DNA from: Clostridia bacterium
GTDB taxonomy: Bacteria; Bacillota; Clostridia; Acetivibrionales; STF1-152
NCBI GenBank assembly: GCA_028280575.1
Contig: JANQLN010000010.1
Location: 18,933 to 82,932, forward strand
Length of the DNA: 64,000 nt
Direction: 5' to 3'
Shown here in pieces: positions 53,197 to 62,422 of this stretch. Every line of letters begins with the position of its first letter. Within the stretch, counting starts at the first letter, position 1. The notes below the pieces were generated by a model, which made no database searches, was not told where the DNA came from, and saw nothing but the letters and a program-made list of their open reading frames with translations. The translations under genes and the position numbers were made by a program.

Positions 53197-54186
53197 ATGC
53201 CAATATTTAAAGTTTATATAAGCGATTATGATTATCCGGATAATTTAATAGAGAAATCCGTTTTAGAGCCAATTGGCGCCGAGGTGATCGGACTAAAATG
53301 TAAAACAGGGGAAGGGCTTGGAGACCTTGCAGGAGACGCTGATGCAATAATTCAACAATATGCAAAAATAACGCGTCCTACAATAGAAAAGCTGGTAAAG
53401 TGCAAGGTAATTGCCAGGTATGGAATAGGTGTTGACATTCTCGACATCAAAGCCTGCTATGATCATGGAATAAAAGTAACAAACGTTCCTGACTACTGTA
53501 TAGACGAAGTAGCCGACCATGCTATTACTCTTTCATTTATGCTGATAAGAAGCATACCAAGATATAATCAAAAAATTCACGAGGGCAGCTATAGATGGCA
53601 AGATTGGACTGCACCTATACAGCGTTTCAGGGGAGGAATATATGGCTTGGTGGGCTTTGGAAGAATTGCCCAAAATCTCACGCGAAAACTTATCGCTTTT
53701 GGATTTAAAGTAATTGCATATGATCCATATATATCAGAGAGTTATATGAGTTCTTTCAGTGTTAAAAAGGTATCATTGGATATACTGCTTAAAACCAGCA
53801 ACATTGTGAACATTTTAACACCGTATACAAAAGAGACCCACCATATAATTAATGGTAAATCCTTAAAACTAATGAAACAGGATGCCTATCTAGTAGGAGT
53901 ATCCAGGGGAAAATGTATTGATAACAAAGCACTGTATAATGCTTTGAAAAGCGGTCAAATCTCAGGAGCAGCACTGGATGACCCGGAAGAGGAGCCCATG
54001 AAAACGGATAATTGGAGTCCTAAGCATAACAAGCTGTTTACTTTAGACAACTGCTTTTTTACACCGCATACTGCGTATGTCAGCAAACAATCTTTAGAAG
54101 AATGCAGGTTTGCTGCGTCAAATAATGTTAAAGCAGTTTTGTTGGGCAAGGAGCCCCCTAATTTGGTTAAACTAAAAAATAGTTGA
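53197..54186 (+). CDS. D-isomer-specific 2-hydroxyacid dehydrogenase (CtBP-like), NAD-binding
   Basis: Has the Rossmann motif GLVGFGRIAQNL and a catalytic R/E/H context (GVSRGKCID, DDPEEEP, FTPHTAY). The track start at 53188 sits 1 nt after AAGGAAG, so I prefer the ATG at 53197. Confidence 0.82.
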   Translation: MPIFKVYISDYDYPDNLIEKSVLEPIGAEVIGLKCKTGEGLGDLAGDADAIIQQYAKITRPTIEKLVKCKVIARYGIGVDILDIKACYDHGIKVTNVPDYCIDEVADHAITLSFMLIRSIPRYNQKIHEGSYRWQDWTAPIQRFRGGIYGLVGFGRIAQNLTRKLIAFGFKVIAYDPYISESYMSSFSVKKVSLDILLKTSNIVNILTPYTKETHHIINGKSLKLMKQDAYLVGVSRGKCIDNKALYNALKSGQISGAALDDPEEEPMKTDNWSPKHNKLFTLDNCFFTPHTAYVSKQSLEECRFAASNNVKAVLLGKEPPNLVKLKNS

Positions 54187-54328
54187 GTCTATCTATTCAT
54201 ACTCTCAAATTCAGCATCTCCATTTAAAAAAACTGGCATAAACAATTTGCTTCTATTTTTCAAAAAAAGTTTAAAAGTAAAAACAATTGGAGTATAATTT
54301 AAGGAAAAGGGAGTTTAAAGGAGTTTTT

Positions 54329-56215
54329 ATGGCATTTTTGCCTACAACAAAAAAGGAAATGGATGAACGCAAATGGGATGCACTTGATTTCCTTTTTATA
54401 AATGGAGACGCATATATTGATCATCCCAGCTTTGGCCATGCCGTCATAACCAGACTGCTGGAAAATGAAGGGTTTCGTGTTGGAATAATATCGCAGCCCG
54501 ACTGGAAAAGTATTAATGATTTTGTAGTAATGGGACGTCCAAAGTATGCAGTTTTGATTTCTTCAGGGGTTATTGACTCCATGGTCAACCATTACACCGT
54601 AAATAAGAAGAAAAGGAACAAAGATGTATATACTCCCGGCGGGAAAAGCGGAAAACGTCCGGACAGGGCAGTTACTGTCTATTCTAACCGTGTCAGGGAA
54701 GCATTTAAGGGAATAACCGTAATAATAGGAGGTATTGAAGCAAGCCTGAGAAGATTTGCCCACTATGATTACTGGGAAAACAGGATAAGACGCTCTATAC
54801 TGGCAGATTCAGGAGCCGACCTTCTAATATACGGCATGGGAGAAAAACCTCTCCTGGACATGTGCCGTCTGATTAAACAAGGTGCACCCATTGAAAGCTT
54901 AAAGCACTTAAAAGGTACTGCATATGCATCGTCCACAATACCCGAAAACACAAAAGGCAGCCAGATAATAATGCCTTCACACAAACAGGTATCAAAAGAC
55001 AAAAAAAGCTATGCCAAAGCATTTAAAATACAATATGAAAATCAGGCAATGGAATGCAAAAATATGCTTGTACAATCCAACGGAAGCATATATGTAGTTC
55101 AAAATCCTCAGGCTGAGCCTTTGACAACATCAGAAATGGACAGAATATATGCCCTGCCTTTTGAGAGAAATTACCACCCAAAATATATAAAAACCGGTGG
55201 AGTGCCGGCGCTAAAAGAAGTCAAATTCAGCATAACAAGTCACAGGGGATGTCCCGGAGCTTGTGCCTTCTGTGCCCTTACATTCCACCAGGGCAGAATC
55301 ACACAGAAAAGAAGCCAGGAATCCATACTTGCAGAAGCGCAAAAGCTTGCAAAGCTCCAGGACTTCAAGGGCTATATCCACGACATTGGCGGACCTACCG
55401 CAAATTTCAGAAATGTCTCATGTGCAGTAAATAAAGACAAAAACAGCTGCGGCAAAAGGTATTGCCTTCACCCTGATGCCTGCGGCAGCCTTATAGTCGA
55501 CCATAGTGAATATTTAGAGCTTCTCAGGAAGGTAAGAGCACTCCCCGGAATCAAAAAGGTATTTATACGTTCAGGAATAAGATATGATTATATTATGCTG
55601 GATAAAAATGACGAATTTTTTAATGAATTGTGTGAATATCATATCAGCGGACAGCTAAAAGTTGCTCCTGAACATGTTGCAGACAGGGTATTAAAAATGA
55701 TGAACAAGCCTTCCAAAAAAATTTATGACCGTTTTGTAAAAAAATTTTATGAAATAAACCAAAGATTGGGTAAAGAGCAGTACCTTGTTCCCTATCTAAT
55801 ATCCAGCCATCCGGGAAGTGACCTAAAAGCGGCCGTTGAAATGGCAGAATATTTAAGGGATATACATCATACTCCTGAGCAGGTACAGGATTTTTACCCT
55901 ACTCCCGGTACATTGTCAACATGCATGTTTTATACAGGTCTCGACCCGTTAACAATGAGGGGGGTCCATGTTCCAAAAAACCGTGAGGAAAAGGCTATGC
56001 AAAGAGCACTTTTACAGTATAGAAAGAGGGAAAACCGCAAACTGGTCATAAAAGCACTGAAAAAGGCCGGAAGGGAAGACCTCATAGGCTTTGGCAGCAA
56101 ATGTCTTGTAAAATCCCAGGGAAGCAATCCAAAACGTCAAAGCATAAAAAAAAGCGTGGGGAGAATCAAAAATGGAAATAAAAGGAATGCACGAAATAGA
56201 CCTGATAGGCAGTGA
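54329..56215 (+). CDS. ygiQ: YgiQ-family (UPF0313) radical SAM protein
   Basis: The N-terminus [36 protein letters not shown] is typical of YgiQ. The radical SAM cluster motif is CPGACAFC, and there is a basic C-terminal tail. The ATG at 54329 has AAAGGAG upstream. The track TTG at 54287 is less likely. Confidence 0.88.
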   Translation: MAFLPTTKKEMDERKWDALDFLFINGDAYIDHPSFGHAVITRLLENEGFRVGIISQPDWKSINDFVVMGRPKYAVLISSGVIDSMVNHYTVNKKKRNKDVYTPGGKSGKRPDRAVTVYSNRVREAFKGITVIIGGIEASLRRFAHYDYWENRIRRSILADSGADLLIYGMGEKPLLDMCRLIKQGAPIESLKHLKGTAYASSTIPENTKGSQIIMPSHKQVSKDKKSYAKAFKIQYENQAMECKNMLVQSNGSIYVVQNPQAEPLTTSEMDRIYALPFERNYHPKYIKTGGVPALKEVKFSITSHRGCPGACAFCALTFHQGRITQKRSQESILAEAQKLAKLQDFKGYIHDIGGPTANFRNVSCAVNKDKNSCGKRYCLHPDACGSLIVDHSEYLELLRKVRALPGIKKVFIRSGIRYDYIMLDKNDEFFNELCEYHISGQLKVAPEHVADRVLKMMNKPSKKIYDRFVKKFYEINQRLGKEQYLVPYLISSHPGSDLKAAVEMAEYLRDIHHTPEQVQDFYPTPGTLSTCMFYTGLDPLTMRGVHVPKNREEKAMQRALLQYRKRENRKLVIKALKKAGREDLIGFGSKCLVKSQGSNPKRQSIKKSVGRIKNGNKRNARNRPDRQ

Positions 56216-57014
56216 TACTTTTTATAATGTCTTGTTCAACAGTACATATGATTTTGAATATCCTGCGCACTGGCATTGTGCAATTGAGGTTGTATATGTA
56301 AAAAAGGGATGCTGGAGGATTGATGCTGGTTCAAGAGCCTATGCCTTAGGAGAAAAGGACATAATTATCATACCTCCGGGGACAATTCATTCCTTTCCCC
56401 TCCAAAAACAGGACGGATTAAGGCTTTTTCTCCATTTTGACTTGATAAAGCTTAACATGGTTAAATCCTGTTTAAAAACCATGGCTCCCCACTCCACACA
56501 GGTAATAATACCTGATAACAAAATTCATAAATCTTTAGAAAAGATAATAGAAAACATTTTTGATGAACTCACCCAAAAAAATGAATTCTATGAGCTGGCA
56601 ATACAGTCAAAACTTCTTGACTTCCTGGTGGTTCTTTCACGAACTGCCTGCAATGCCAAAAATCAAAATTCTCCCTTTGAGAGAAAAGGTTCTCTTAATA
56701 AAATAAACAAGGCTATTGAATATATCCAAATAAATTTCAAAAATAAAATCTCTCTTGAAGATACGGCAAAATGGACCGGATTCAGTAAGTACCATCTTTC
56801 TAAAATGTTTAAGGAAACTACGGGCAGCACATTTCATACATTTTTATCAGATTACAGGGTAAATAAAGCTATAAGTGCCATTAGCAGTTCAAACATTACC
56901 ATAACACAGGCCGCACTGGACTCAGGCTTCAACAGCATAACCACATTCAACAGGGTATTCAAAAAGCTTAAAGGCTGCTCTCCAAAGGAATTTATGATAA
57001 AAAAGGGAATATAG
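56172..57014 (+). CDS. AraC-family transcriptional regulator (cupin-like N-domain + HTH)
   Basis: 280 aa with a cupin-type N-terminus ([11 protein letters not shown]...PPGTIHSF) and a C-terminal AraC HTH ([21 protein letters not shown]...[22 protein letters not shown]). It overlaps the ygiQ 3' end by 44 nt. Confidence 0.88.
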   Translation: MEIKGMHEIDLIGSDTFYNVLFNSTYDFEYPAHWHCAIEVVYVKKGCWRIDAGSRAYALGEKDIIIIPPGTIHSFPLQKQDGLRLFLHFDLIKLNMVKSCLKTMAPHSTQVIIPDNKIHKSLEKIIENIFDELTQKNEFYELAIQSKLLDFLVVLSRTACNAKNQNSPFERKGSLNKINKAIEYIQINFKNKISLEDTAKWTGFSKYHLSKMFKETTGSTFHTFLSDYRVNKAISAISSSNITITQAALDSGFNSITTFNRVFKKLKGCSPKEFMIKKGI

Positions 57015-57111
57015 CTGATATTTCATCCCCGTTTATATAAAATCATTTATTTGTGCATGCTAAAATAATCTGTTAAAATGATATTAACTAGATTCTTAGA
57101 GGTGCTGTAGA

Positions 57112-58455
57112 ATGCCGTTTAAGGATAAAATTAAAGAACTGTTTAAAATAAAGATGAGTAAAGGGAAGATTTTATATGCTTTTTTGATGCTCTTATGCAG
57201 TTGTGTATTTTTATTTTCTGCATATAAAATCGTAGACAAACTATACGGATACTATAATGATAATAAGCAATATGAAGAAATTAGAGCACAGCTTACTTCT
57301 TCGGATAAAGAAGACAGGTTTGAAAAAGCTTTCAAAAATATAGACGTGCTTCCCCGGCAAACCGCACCTAAAACTCTTACAATAGACCCACTCCAGGAGG
57401 AAGCCGCCTTTATTGCATCTCCTCCTGCTCTTCCCTATAGGCTTATTATGGGTAATCCAAATGAGCTTGACTTAAACGGAATACTACACGACTATACCAA
57501 TCTTGTATCTATAAACAGCGATATGGTCGGGTGGATTAATATGCCGGGTTACAATAAAAAAATTGATTATCCCGTAATGCGGACAGACGATAATTTTTTC
57601 TATCTTGATAAGGATTTTTATAAAAATTACTCCTATGCAGGCTCAATTTACATGGACACGAGGAATAATCCGAAAGCCCCGGACAGGCATCTGATAATAT
57701 ACGGACACGCAATGAACGACAATTCAATGCTGGGCAACCTTAAGGACTTCCCTGACAAACCGGAAGAACACACGAAAAATACTAAAATCTATGTTGACCT
57801 TTTAAATACCAGGCTGGAATACGAGGTATTTTCAATATATTATGAAAATGCAAATATAAACTACCGTCAAACCTCCTTTTCCAAAGATGAGGAGTATATG
57901 GGCTTTTTAAACAGGATACAGAATAAATCTGTCCATGACTACAAAATAACACTGACACCAAATGACAAAATATTAACGCTTTCCACCTGCAACAATACTC
58001 TTGGCCGTGATATACGCTCGGTAATCCATGCCAGACTGGTAAAACAGATAACTTATGACAAAGATGCTGCAGGCGGGGAAGGCAAAATTATTAAAAAAGA
58101 AGCTAAAAAAGCAGTGCTTGCAAATGTATACTTGCTGGAGCTGTCAATAAGTTATATTTCAGATGATGAAGAAGTAAAACCTTTACTTAATCCTTCATTC
58201 AATACGGTTTTTAAAACATTTACAAGCATGGTACCCAATAATGTTGAAACAATATCCTTGAATTTGGAAACTGCGGACCCTGAAGCCGTAACGGAAATAA
58301 CGTTGAATGATCAAAAAGCAGACCCGTCTTCACTGGAATTATTGGAAGGGGAAAACACAGTTAACATAAAGGTTTATTCCAGGGATTGGCTATATGCCCG
58401 TACTTATACATTGACTGTGGAAAGGGAAAAAACTGTTCAACCCACCGAAGGATAA
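57112..58455 (+). CDS. srtB: Class B sortase with N-terminal membrane anchor and C-terminal cadherin-like beta-sandwich extension
   Basis: 447 aa with the TM anchor ILYAFLMLLCSCVFLFSAY and a SrtB core (MVGWINMPG..IDYPVM, IIYGHAMNDNSMLG, LTLSTCNN, IHARL), which supplies the catalytic H/C/R. About 125 extra C-terminal residues (LELSISYIS...ITLNDQKADPSSLELLEGENTVNIKVYSRDWLYARTYTLTVER) follow the cadherin-like beta-sandwich pattern. Confidence 0.85.
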   Translation: MPFKDKIKELFKIKMSKGKILYAFLMLLCSCVFLFSAYKIVDKLYGYYNDNKQYEEIRAQLTSSDKEDRFEKAFKNIDVLPRQTAPKTLTIDPLQEEAAFIASPPALPYRLIMGNPNELDLNGILHDYTNLVSINSDMVGWINMPGYNKKIDYPVMRTDDNFFYLDKDFYKNYSYAGSIYMDTRNNPKAPDRHLIIYGHAMNDNSMLGNLKDFPDKPEEHTKNTKIYVDLLNTRLEYEVFSIYYENANINYRQTSFSKDEEYMGFLNRIQNKSVHDYKITLTPNDKILTLSTCNNTLGRDIRSVIHARLVKQITYDKDAAGGEGKIIKKEAKKAVLANVYLLELSISYISDDEEVKPLLNPSFNTVFKTFTSMVPNNVETISLNLETADPEAVTEITLNDQKADPSSLELLEGENTVNIKVYSRDWLYARTYTLTVEREKTVQPTEG

Positions 58456-58490
58456 TATGCTGAATGACTTTGGAGCCCATCTTTTATAGG

Positions 58491-58545
58491 AAAAAATAAA
58501 AAAGCCGGAGAGACTGTTGTATTGACAACAGCCATCACCTCTGAC
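58491..58545 (-). terminator. Candidate terminator for the convergent minus-strand ABC operon
   Basis: The core stem is CTGTTGT (58514..58520) / ACAACAG (58525..58531), with partial outer pairing (AGAG/CUCU). On the minus strand it is followed, after CCGGC, by TTTTTTATTTTTT. It lies about 125 nt beyond the SBP stop, so the assignment is tentative. Confidence 0.4.
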
Positions 58546-58669
58546 TTTGTAGTTCTAAAAAACGTATTTTTAGCTCTATACTTTTTTTCTATGATTTGTT
58601 CATATCCTGTGTTTTCTTAGAAAAAAGACATGGCTTCTTCACTTTTTTTATTCACGGCGGATATTTTCC

Positions 58670-60307
58670 TTATTCTTTCGGAGGCTTTATCCCCAGTTCC
58701 TTTGCCTTTTCGTTTACCTCGGCAAGGGCCTGGTTACCGCCTTTTTCCTCAAGAGCCTTTTCTACAAAAGCATAAAATATTTCATGGATATCAACATCTT
58801 CCATAATCGCCTTTGCACGCATTTCATTGAACAGCTCGTCAAGGAATAAGGCATTCTTGGCAGGTGTGGACATGTATTTGATCCTCGGATCAAATTGACT
58901 CAAATAGGGTTGGTTCTGTCGAATAACCTTTTTTTCCAAGTCCACACATTCCCGAGGCATGGAGGATTCATACCATCTTCCGTCCACATCCCATGTAGCC
59001 AGGGTTTTGATAGCTGCCGTTGGATATAATAGGCTTAATTGCTGGGGCAATCCGGTTGTATCATCGATCGGAAGCAGACTTACATATTTCTCTCCTTCTT
59101 TTTTGAAGTGTTCCCCTTCGATCCCAAAGCGGCCTAATTCAAGCCCTTCTTCCGAGAGAAGATAATCAAACAGCTCCAGCATTCTATCCATTTTGCCGTC
59201 GTCCACTTGAGCACCAAATAAGGTCCCGGACCAATGGTTGTAATTGTTCCCTATAACAGGGTCTCCATAGGGACCCGCCGGAAGGGGAAGCACATCGATG
59301 ACCTTCATACCGCCCAGTTCCGGGTACATCGATTGCATCTTGTCAACGATCTGTTCCTTGAAATGATAAGCCTCTCCCTGCATTGCTATAGCCCCGGCTT
59401 TGCTTGAAATGAATTTATCTACCATAGCCTCTCCACTTGCCGTAAAAATGTCTTGATCCAGTATCTTCTCCTTGTAAAGCTTCCTCAAATATTCCAAGGC
59501 TTCCGGAATTCTCTTGGATATATGGGCCGGAATCCATTGTCCGTCCTCATATACCCACTCCTCCAAATCCCGCTGGAATGCCGAATATACCATGATTTCA
59601 ATACCCCAGGAAGTAATGCCGAAGGTGTCGTCCTGACCATTTAAATCAGGATCATTATAGGTGAAGGCCTTTAACAAGTCATAGAGGCTCTCCAGGTCCC
59701 CGGGATACTCGGTCACTCCAACATTCTCCATCCAGTCCTTCCTGACCCACATTGCCGTTGATTTCATTCTGTTTTCGGGTCTCCAAGCCGTTCTGGGAAT
59801 AAAGTAGTGCTTTCCGTCCAACTGGAAAAAGTCGTAGTCCTTCATGATATACGCAAGGCTCGGATACTTCTCATAATCCTCAGGTAGAGCCCTAAGGACC
59901 CCCTCCTTCACCCATTTGTGGAATGTGGCGCGTGTGTCGGTCTGACTATAGCCAGGATGGGCAAACATATCCGGAAGCTCTCCCGTGGCTGCTCCAACAT
60001 TCAGCTTCTCAATGTAATCCCCCCAGCTTAAATTTACAGGAACAATTGTAATATTAAATTTCTCATGCAATATCTCGGCAATTGCATCTTCACCGGCTTC
60101 CTCTCTCCAATCCCATAAACCGATTTTAATTTCATAGTGCTCAGAATCATCCTCCCGGAGAGTTTCATCGTTGTTTTCCCCGCTGCTCTTGCCATTCTCC
60201 TTATCATTCAAATTTGTATTATCCTTTCGAGGACTACAGCCTTTCCCCACAAGCATAAAACTGCTTACCAGCAAAAAACATATTACCAAGTTAATCCATT
60301 TTTTCAT
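58670..60307 (-). CDS. Extracellular solute-binding (lipo)protein of a second Lpl-type CUT1 ABC importer
   Basis: 545 aa with a signal peptide ending in the lipobox-like VGKGC, then an Asn/Asp/Glu-rich linker and a large family-1 SBP body. It has the same architecture as 18776..20344. Confidence 0.88.
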   Translation of the reverse strand: MKKWINLVICFLLVSSFMLVGKGCSPRKDNTNLNDKENGKSSGENNDETLREDDSEHYEIKIGLWDWREEAGEDAIAEILHEKFNITIVPVNLSWGDYIEKLNVGAATGELPDMFAHPGYSQTDTRATFHKWVKEGVLRALPEDYEKYPSLAYIMKDYDFFQLDGKHYFIPRTAWRPENRMKSTAMWVRKDWMENVGVTEYPGDLESLYDLLKAFTYNDPDLNGQDDTFGITSWGIEIMVYSAFQRDLEEWVYEDGQWIPAHISKRIPEALEYLRKLYKEKILDQDIFTASGEAMVDKFISSKAGAIAMQGEAYHFKEQIVDKMQSMYPELGGMKVIDVLPLPAGPYGDPVIGNNYNHWSGTLFGAQVDDGKMDRMLELFDYLLSEEGLELGRFGIEGEHFKKEGEKYVSLLPIDDTTGLPQQLSLLYPTAAIKTLATWDVDGRWYESSMPRECVDLEKKVIRQNQPYLSQFDPRIKYMSTPAKNALFLDELFNEMRAKAIMEDVDIHEIFYAFVEKALEEKGGNQALAEVNEKAKELGIKPPKE

Positions 60308-60403
60308 AATGCATTATTCTCCCCTCTTTATTCAATAATAGCTCTCCACTTCCAGCCATATATTTCTATCTTCCCTCCTTTATCTATATTGATTAAAATC
60401 CAA

Positions 60404-61288
60404 CTACCCCTTCACGGATCCTGAGGTAACTCCTTGTACAAAGTATTTCTGCAGGAAGGGATACACCATCACAATCGGTACAACCGTCACAACCGCTACC
60501 GCCATCTTCACCGCTATACTGCGTACATGGGAGCCCGTCATTTTCCTGTAATTAGCCGCCATATCTCCGGCTGCGAAATTATAGATAATATCTCGCAGCA
60601 GCTTCTGCATGGGAATCTTATCCGGATCATTGATAAAGAGCATGGCAAAAAACCATTCGTTCCACCTCTCCACCCCATAAAAGAGCAAAAACGTTGCAAT
60701 CATGGCTTTCGAAATCGGCAAAATAATTTTAACCAATACGACGATATCGTTGGCACCGTCAATTTTAGCCGCCTCTCTTAGGCTATTGGAAGTAGCGCCG
60801 AAATAGTTCTTGACAATAATGAGATACCAGCCATTGATGCCCAAGGGTATGATCAATGCTGCCAGTGTATCGGTCAGCCCCAAATTTTTAATATTCATGT
60901 ACATGGGGATAAGACCACCGGTAAAGAAAAATGGTATCAACACAAAAGTAATAAAGCCCTTTCTCCCGGGTAAATTTTTAATGGAAAGGGCATACCCCAT
61001 CGATATGGTCAACAGCATATTATAACATGCCCCTAAGATGGTGATGAAGACACTAATTTTTAAGGAATTTATAATCTGGCTTGTGGAAAAGATAAATCGG
61101 TACGCGCCAAGGTCCAGTTTCGAAGGAAACAATACCAGGCTGTTCTCTACATAGACCTTATGGTCTACGATTGATATCATCAATACATTCCAGAATGGAA
61201 ATATCATAATCAAGGTGACCAGTACAAAAAATGCTATATTCAGCATATCAAAAACCGCCATCTTTTTCATTCCCGACTTTCCGATCAT
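60404..61288 (-). CDS. Carbohydrate ABC transporter permease (LplC-like)
   Basis: 294 aa with six TM segments and the EAA loop NSLREAAKIDGANDIVVLVKIILP. RBS AAGGGAGGA. Confidence 0.9.
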   Translation of the reverse strand: MIGKSGMKKMAVFDMLNIAFFVLVTLIMIFPFWNVLMISIVDHKVYVENSLVLFPSKLDLGAYRFIFSTSQIINSLKISVFITILGACYNMLLTISMGYALSIKNLPGRKGFITFVLIPFFFTGGLIPMYMNIKNLGLTDTLAALIIPLGINGWYLIIVKNYFGATSNSLREAAKIDGANDIVVLVKIILPISKAMIATFLLFYGVERWNEWFFAMLFINDPDKIPMQKLLRDIIYNFAAGDMAANYRKMTGSHVRSIAVKMAVAVVTVVPIVMVYPFLQKYFVQGVTSGSVKG

Positions 61289-61320
61289 ATTTATGAAATC
61301 CTCCCTTGTAACCCTGTTGG

Positions 61321-62328
61321 TTAATAGATGCCGGTTCCGCTAATCCTCCTGGAAACATTGTCAACAATGAGCAGAAGGATAAGGTTGATTCCCGACTTGA
61401 ACAAACCTACGGCAGTCGTCCTTCCGAATAAAGCCTTGCCGATGCCTTCCCGGTATACGTATGTATCAATAATATCCCCTACATCATATACCAGTTCATT
61501 ATATAAATTAAAAATCTGGTTGAATCCACCGTTCATCATATTTCCTATCGAAAGAATAAAGATGGTCAGAGCAATGACCTGAATTCCAGGCAGGGTGACA
61601 TGGATCATCCGTTGAAATCTATTTGCACCGCTTACTAAAGCTGCTTCATATAATTCAGGATTTATATTGGATATTGCCGCTAAATAAAGAATAGTAGAGT
61701 ATCCGGCCATCTTCCATATGTTTGAGGTGTATACCAGGGGTCTGAAAAACCAGGATGAAACCAGGAAGTTGACTTTTTCAAACCCCAAATTATGAAGAAT
61801 AATATTGATCACACCCGTATCCAGGGAAAAAATATTCAATAAAAGCGAATAGATGATAATCCAGGAAATAAAGTATGGAAAGTACATGCAGGACTGGACA
61901 AACCGCTTGAATCCTTTCAACGGCAATTCATTTAATAGGATGGCTATAAGAATAGGAGCAGGGAACTCAAAAACAAGTCTCCCCAGCTGTATCTGTAATG
62001 TATTTATAACAACATCCCAGAATTTGCTGTCCGAAAAAATATCCTCAAAGTGTTGAAATCCTACCCAGGGACTTCCTCCAATGCCTTTGTTGAACATAAA
62101 ATCCTTAAAGGCCAGGGTAATGCCATACATGGGCATATAGTTGAAAATAAAATAAAAGGCCAGTCCCGGAAGCAACAACAGATAAATATATTTATTTCCT
62201 GAAATCCGCCTTTGAAGCTCCTTATAACTACACTTATCCTGTCGCATGAGTCCATTTATCAAGGACACGGCCCTCCCACCCTTCGTTTTCCAAGCTATTT
62301 CCCATTGTGTCTTGTAAAACAGCTTCAT
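61321..62328 (-). CDS. Carbohydrate ABC transporter permease (LplB-like); true start probably downstream of the track start
   Basis: Polytopic with the EAA-like loop ELYEAALVSGANRFQRMIHVTLP. The ATG at 62328 has no SD and lies about 10 nt from the predicted transcription start. GGGTGGGAGGG at about 62272..62282 favours GTG 62268, TTG 62262 or ATG 62247. Confidence 0.85.
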   Translation of the reverse strand: MKLFYKTQWEIAWKTKGGRAVSLINGLMRQDKCSYKELQRRISGNKYIYLLLLPGLAFYFIFNYMPMYGITLAFKDFMFNKGIGGSPWVGFQHFEDIFSDSKFWDVVINTLQIQLGRLVFEFPAPILIAILLNELPLKGFKRFVQSCMYFPYFISWIIIYSLLLNIFSLDTGVINIILHNLGFEKVNFLVSSWFFRPLVYTSNIWKMAGYSTILYLAAISNINPELYEAALVSGANRFQRMIHVTLPGIQVIALTIFILSIGNMMNGGFNQIFNLYNELVYDVGDIIDTYVYREGIGKALFGRTTAVGLFKSGINLILLLIVDNVSRRISGTGIY

Positions 62329-62344
62329 TTGCTATAATAATTCC

Positions 62345-62374
62345 ATTATAGAACGAAGAGCCGCCAACCGGCAA
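62345..62374 (-). promoter_or_regulatory. Putative sigma-A promoter of the second Lpl-type ABC operon
   Basis: The minus strand reads TTGCCG (62374..62369), an 18-nt spacer, then TATAAT (62350..62345), in the 94-nt gap after the kinase gene. Confidence 0.4.
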
Positions 62375-62422
62375 TATATTATATTCAGATATATTTACAT
62401 TATCTTCGGAAATAGCTTGCCC

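Noticed and set aside
54329-56215. Treating the radical-SAM gene as the anaerobic sulfatase-maturing enzyme for the two sulfatases.
   Set aside because: The N-terminus and overall length match the YgiQ/UPF0313 family. It has an N-terminal domain before a single CxxxCxxC motif and a basic tail, and no SPASM-type additional Cys clusters are evident. It is also about 24 kb away and in an unrelated transcription unit.
56172-56215. The 44-nt overlap between ygiQ and the AraC gene as a sign of programmed frameshifting or gene fusion.
   Set aside because: The AraC ORF has its own GGGGAG Shine-Dalgarno 8 nt upstream of the ATG at 56172, and the ygiQ tail is a low-complexity basic extension. An ordinary overlap is the simplest reading.
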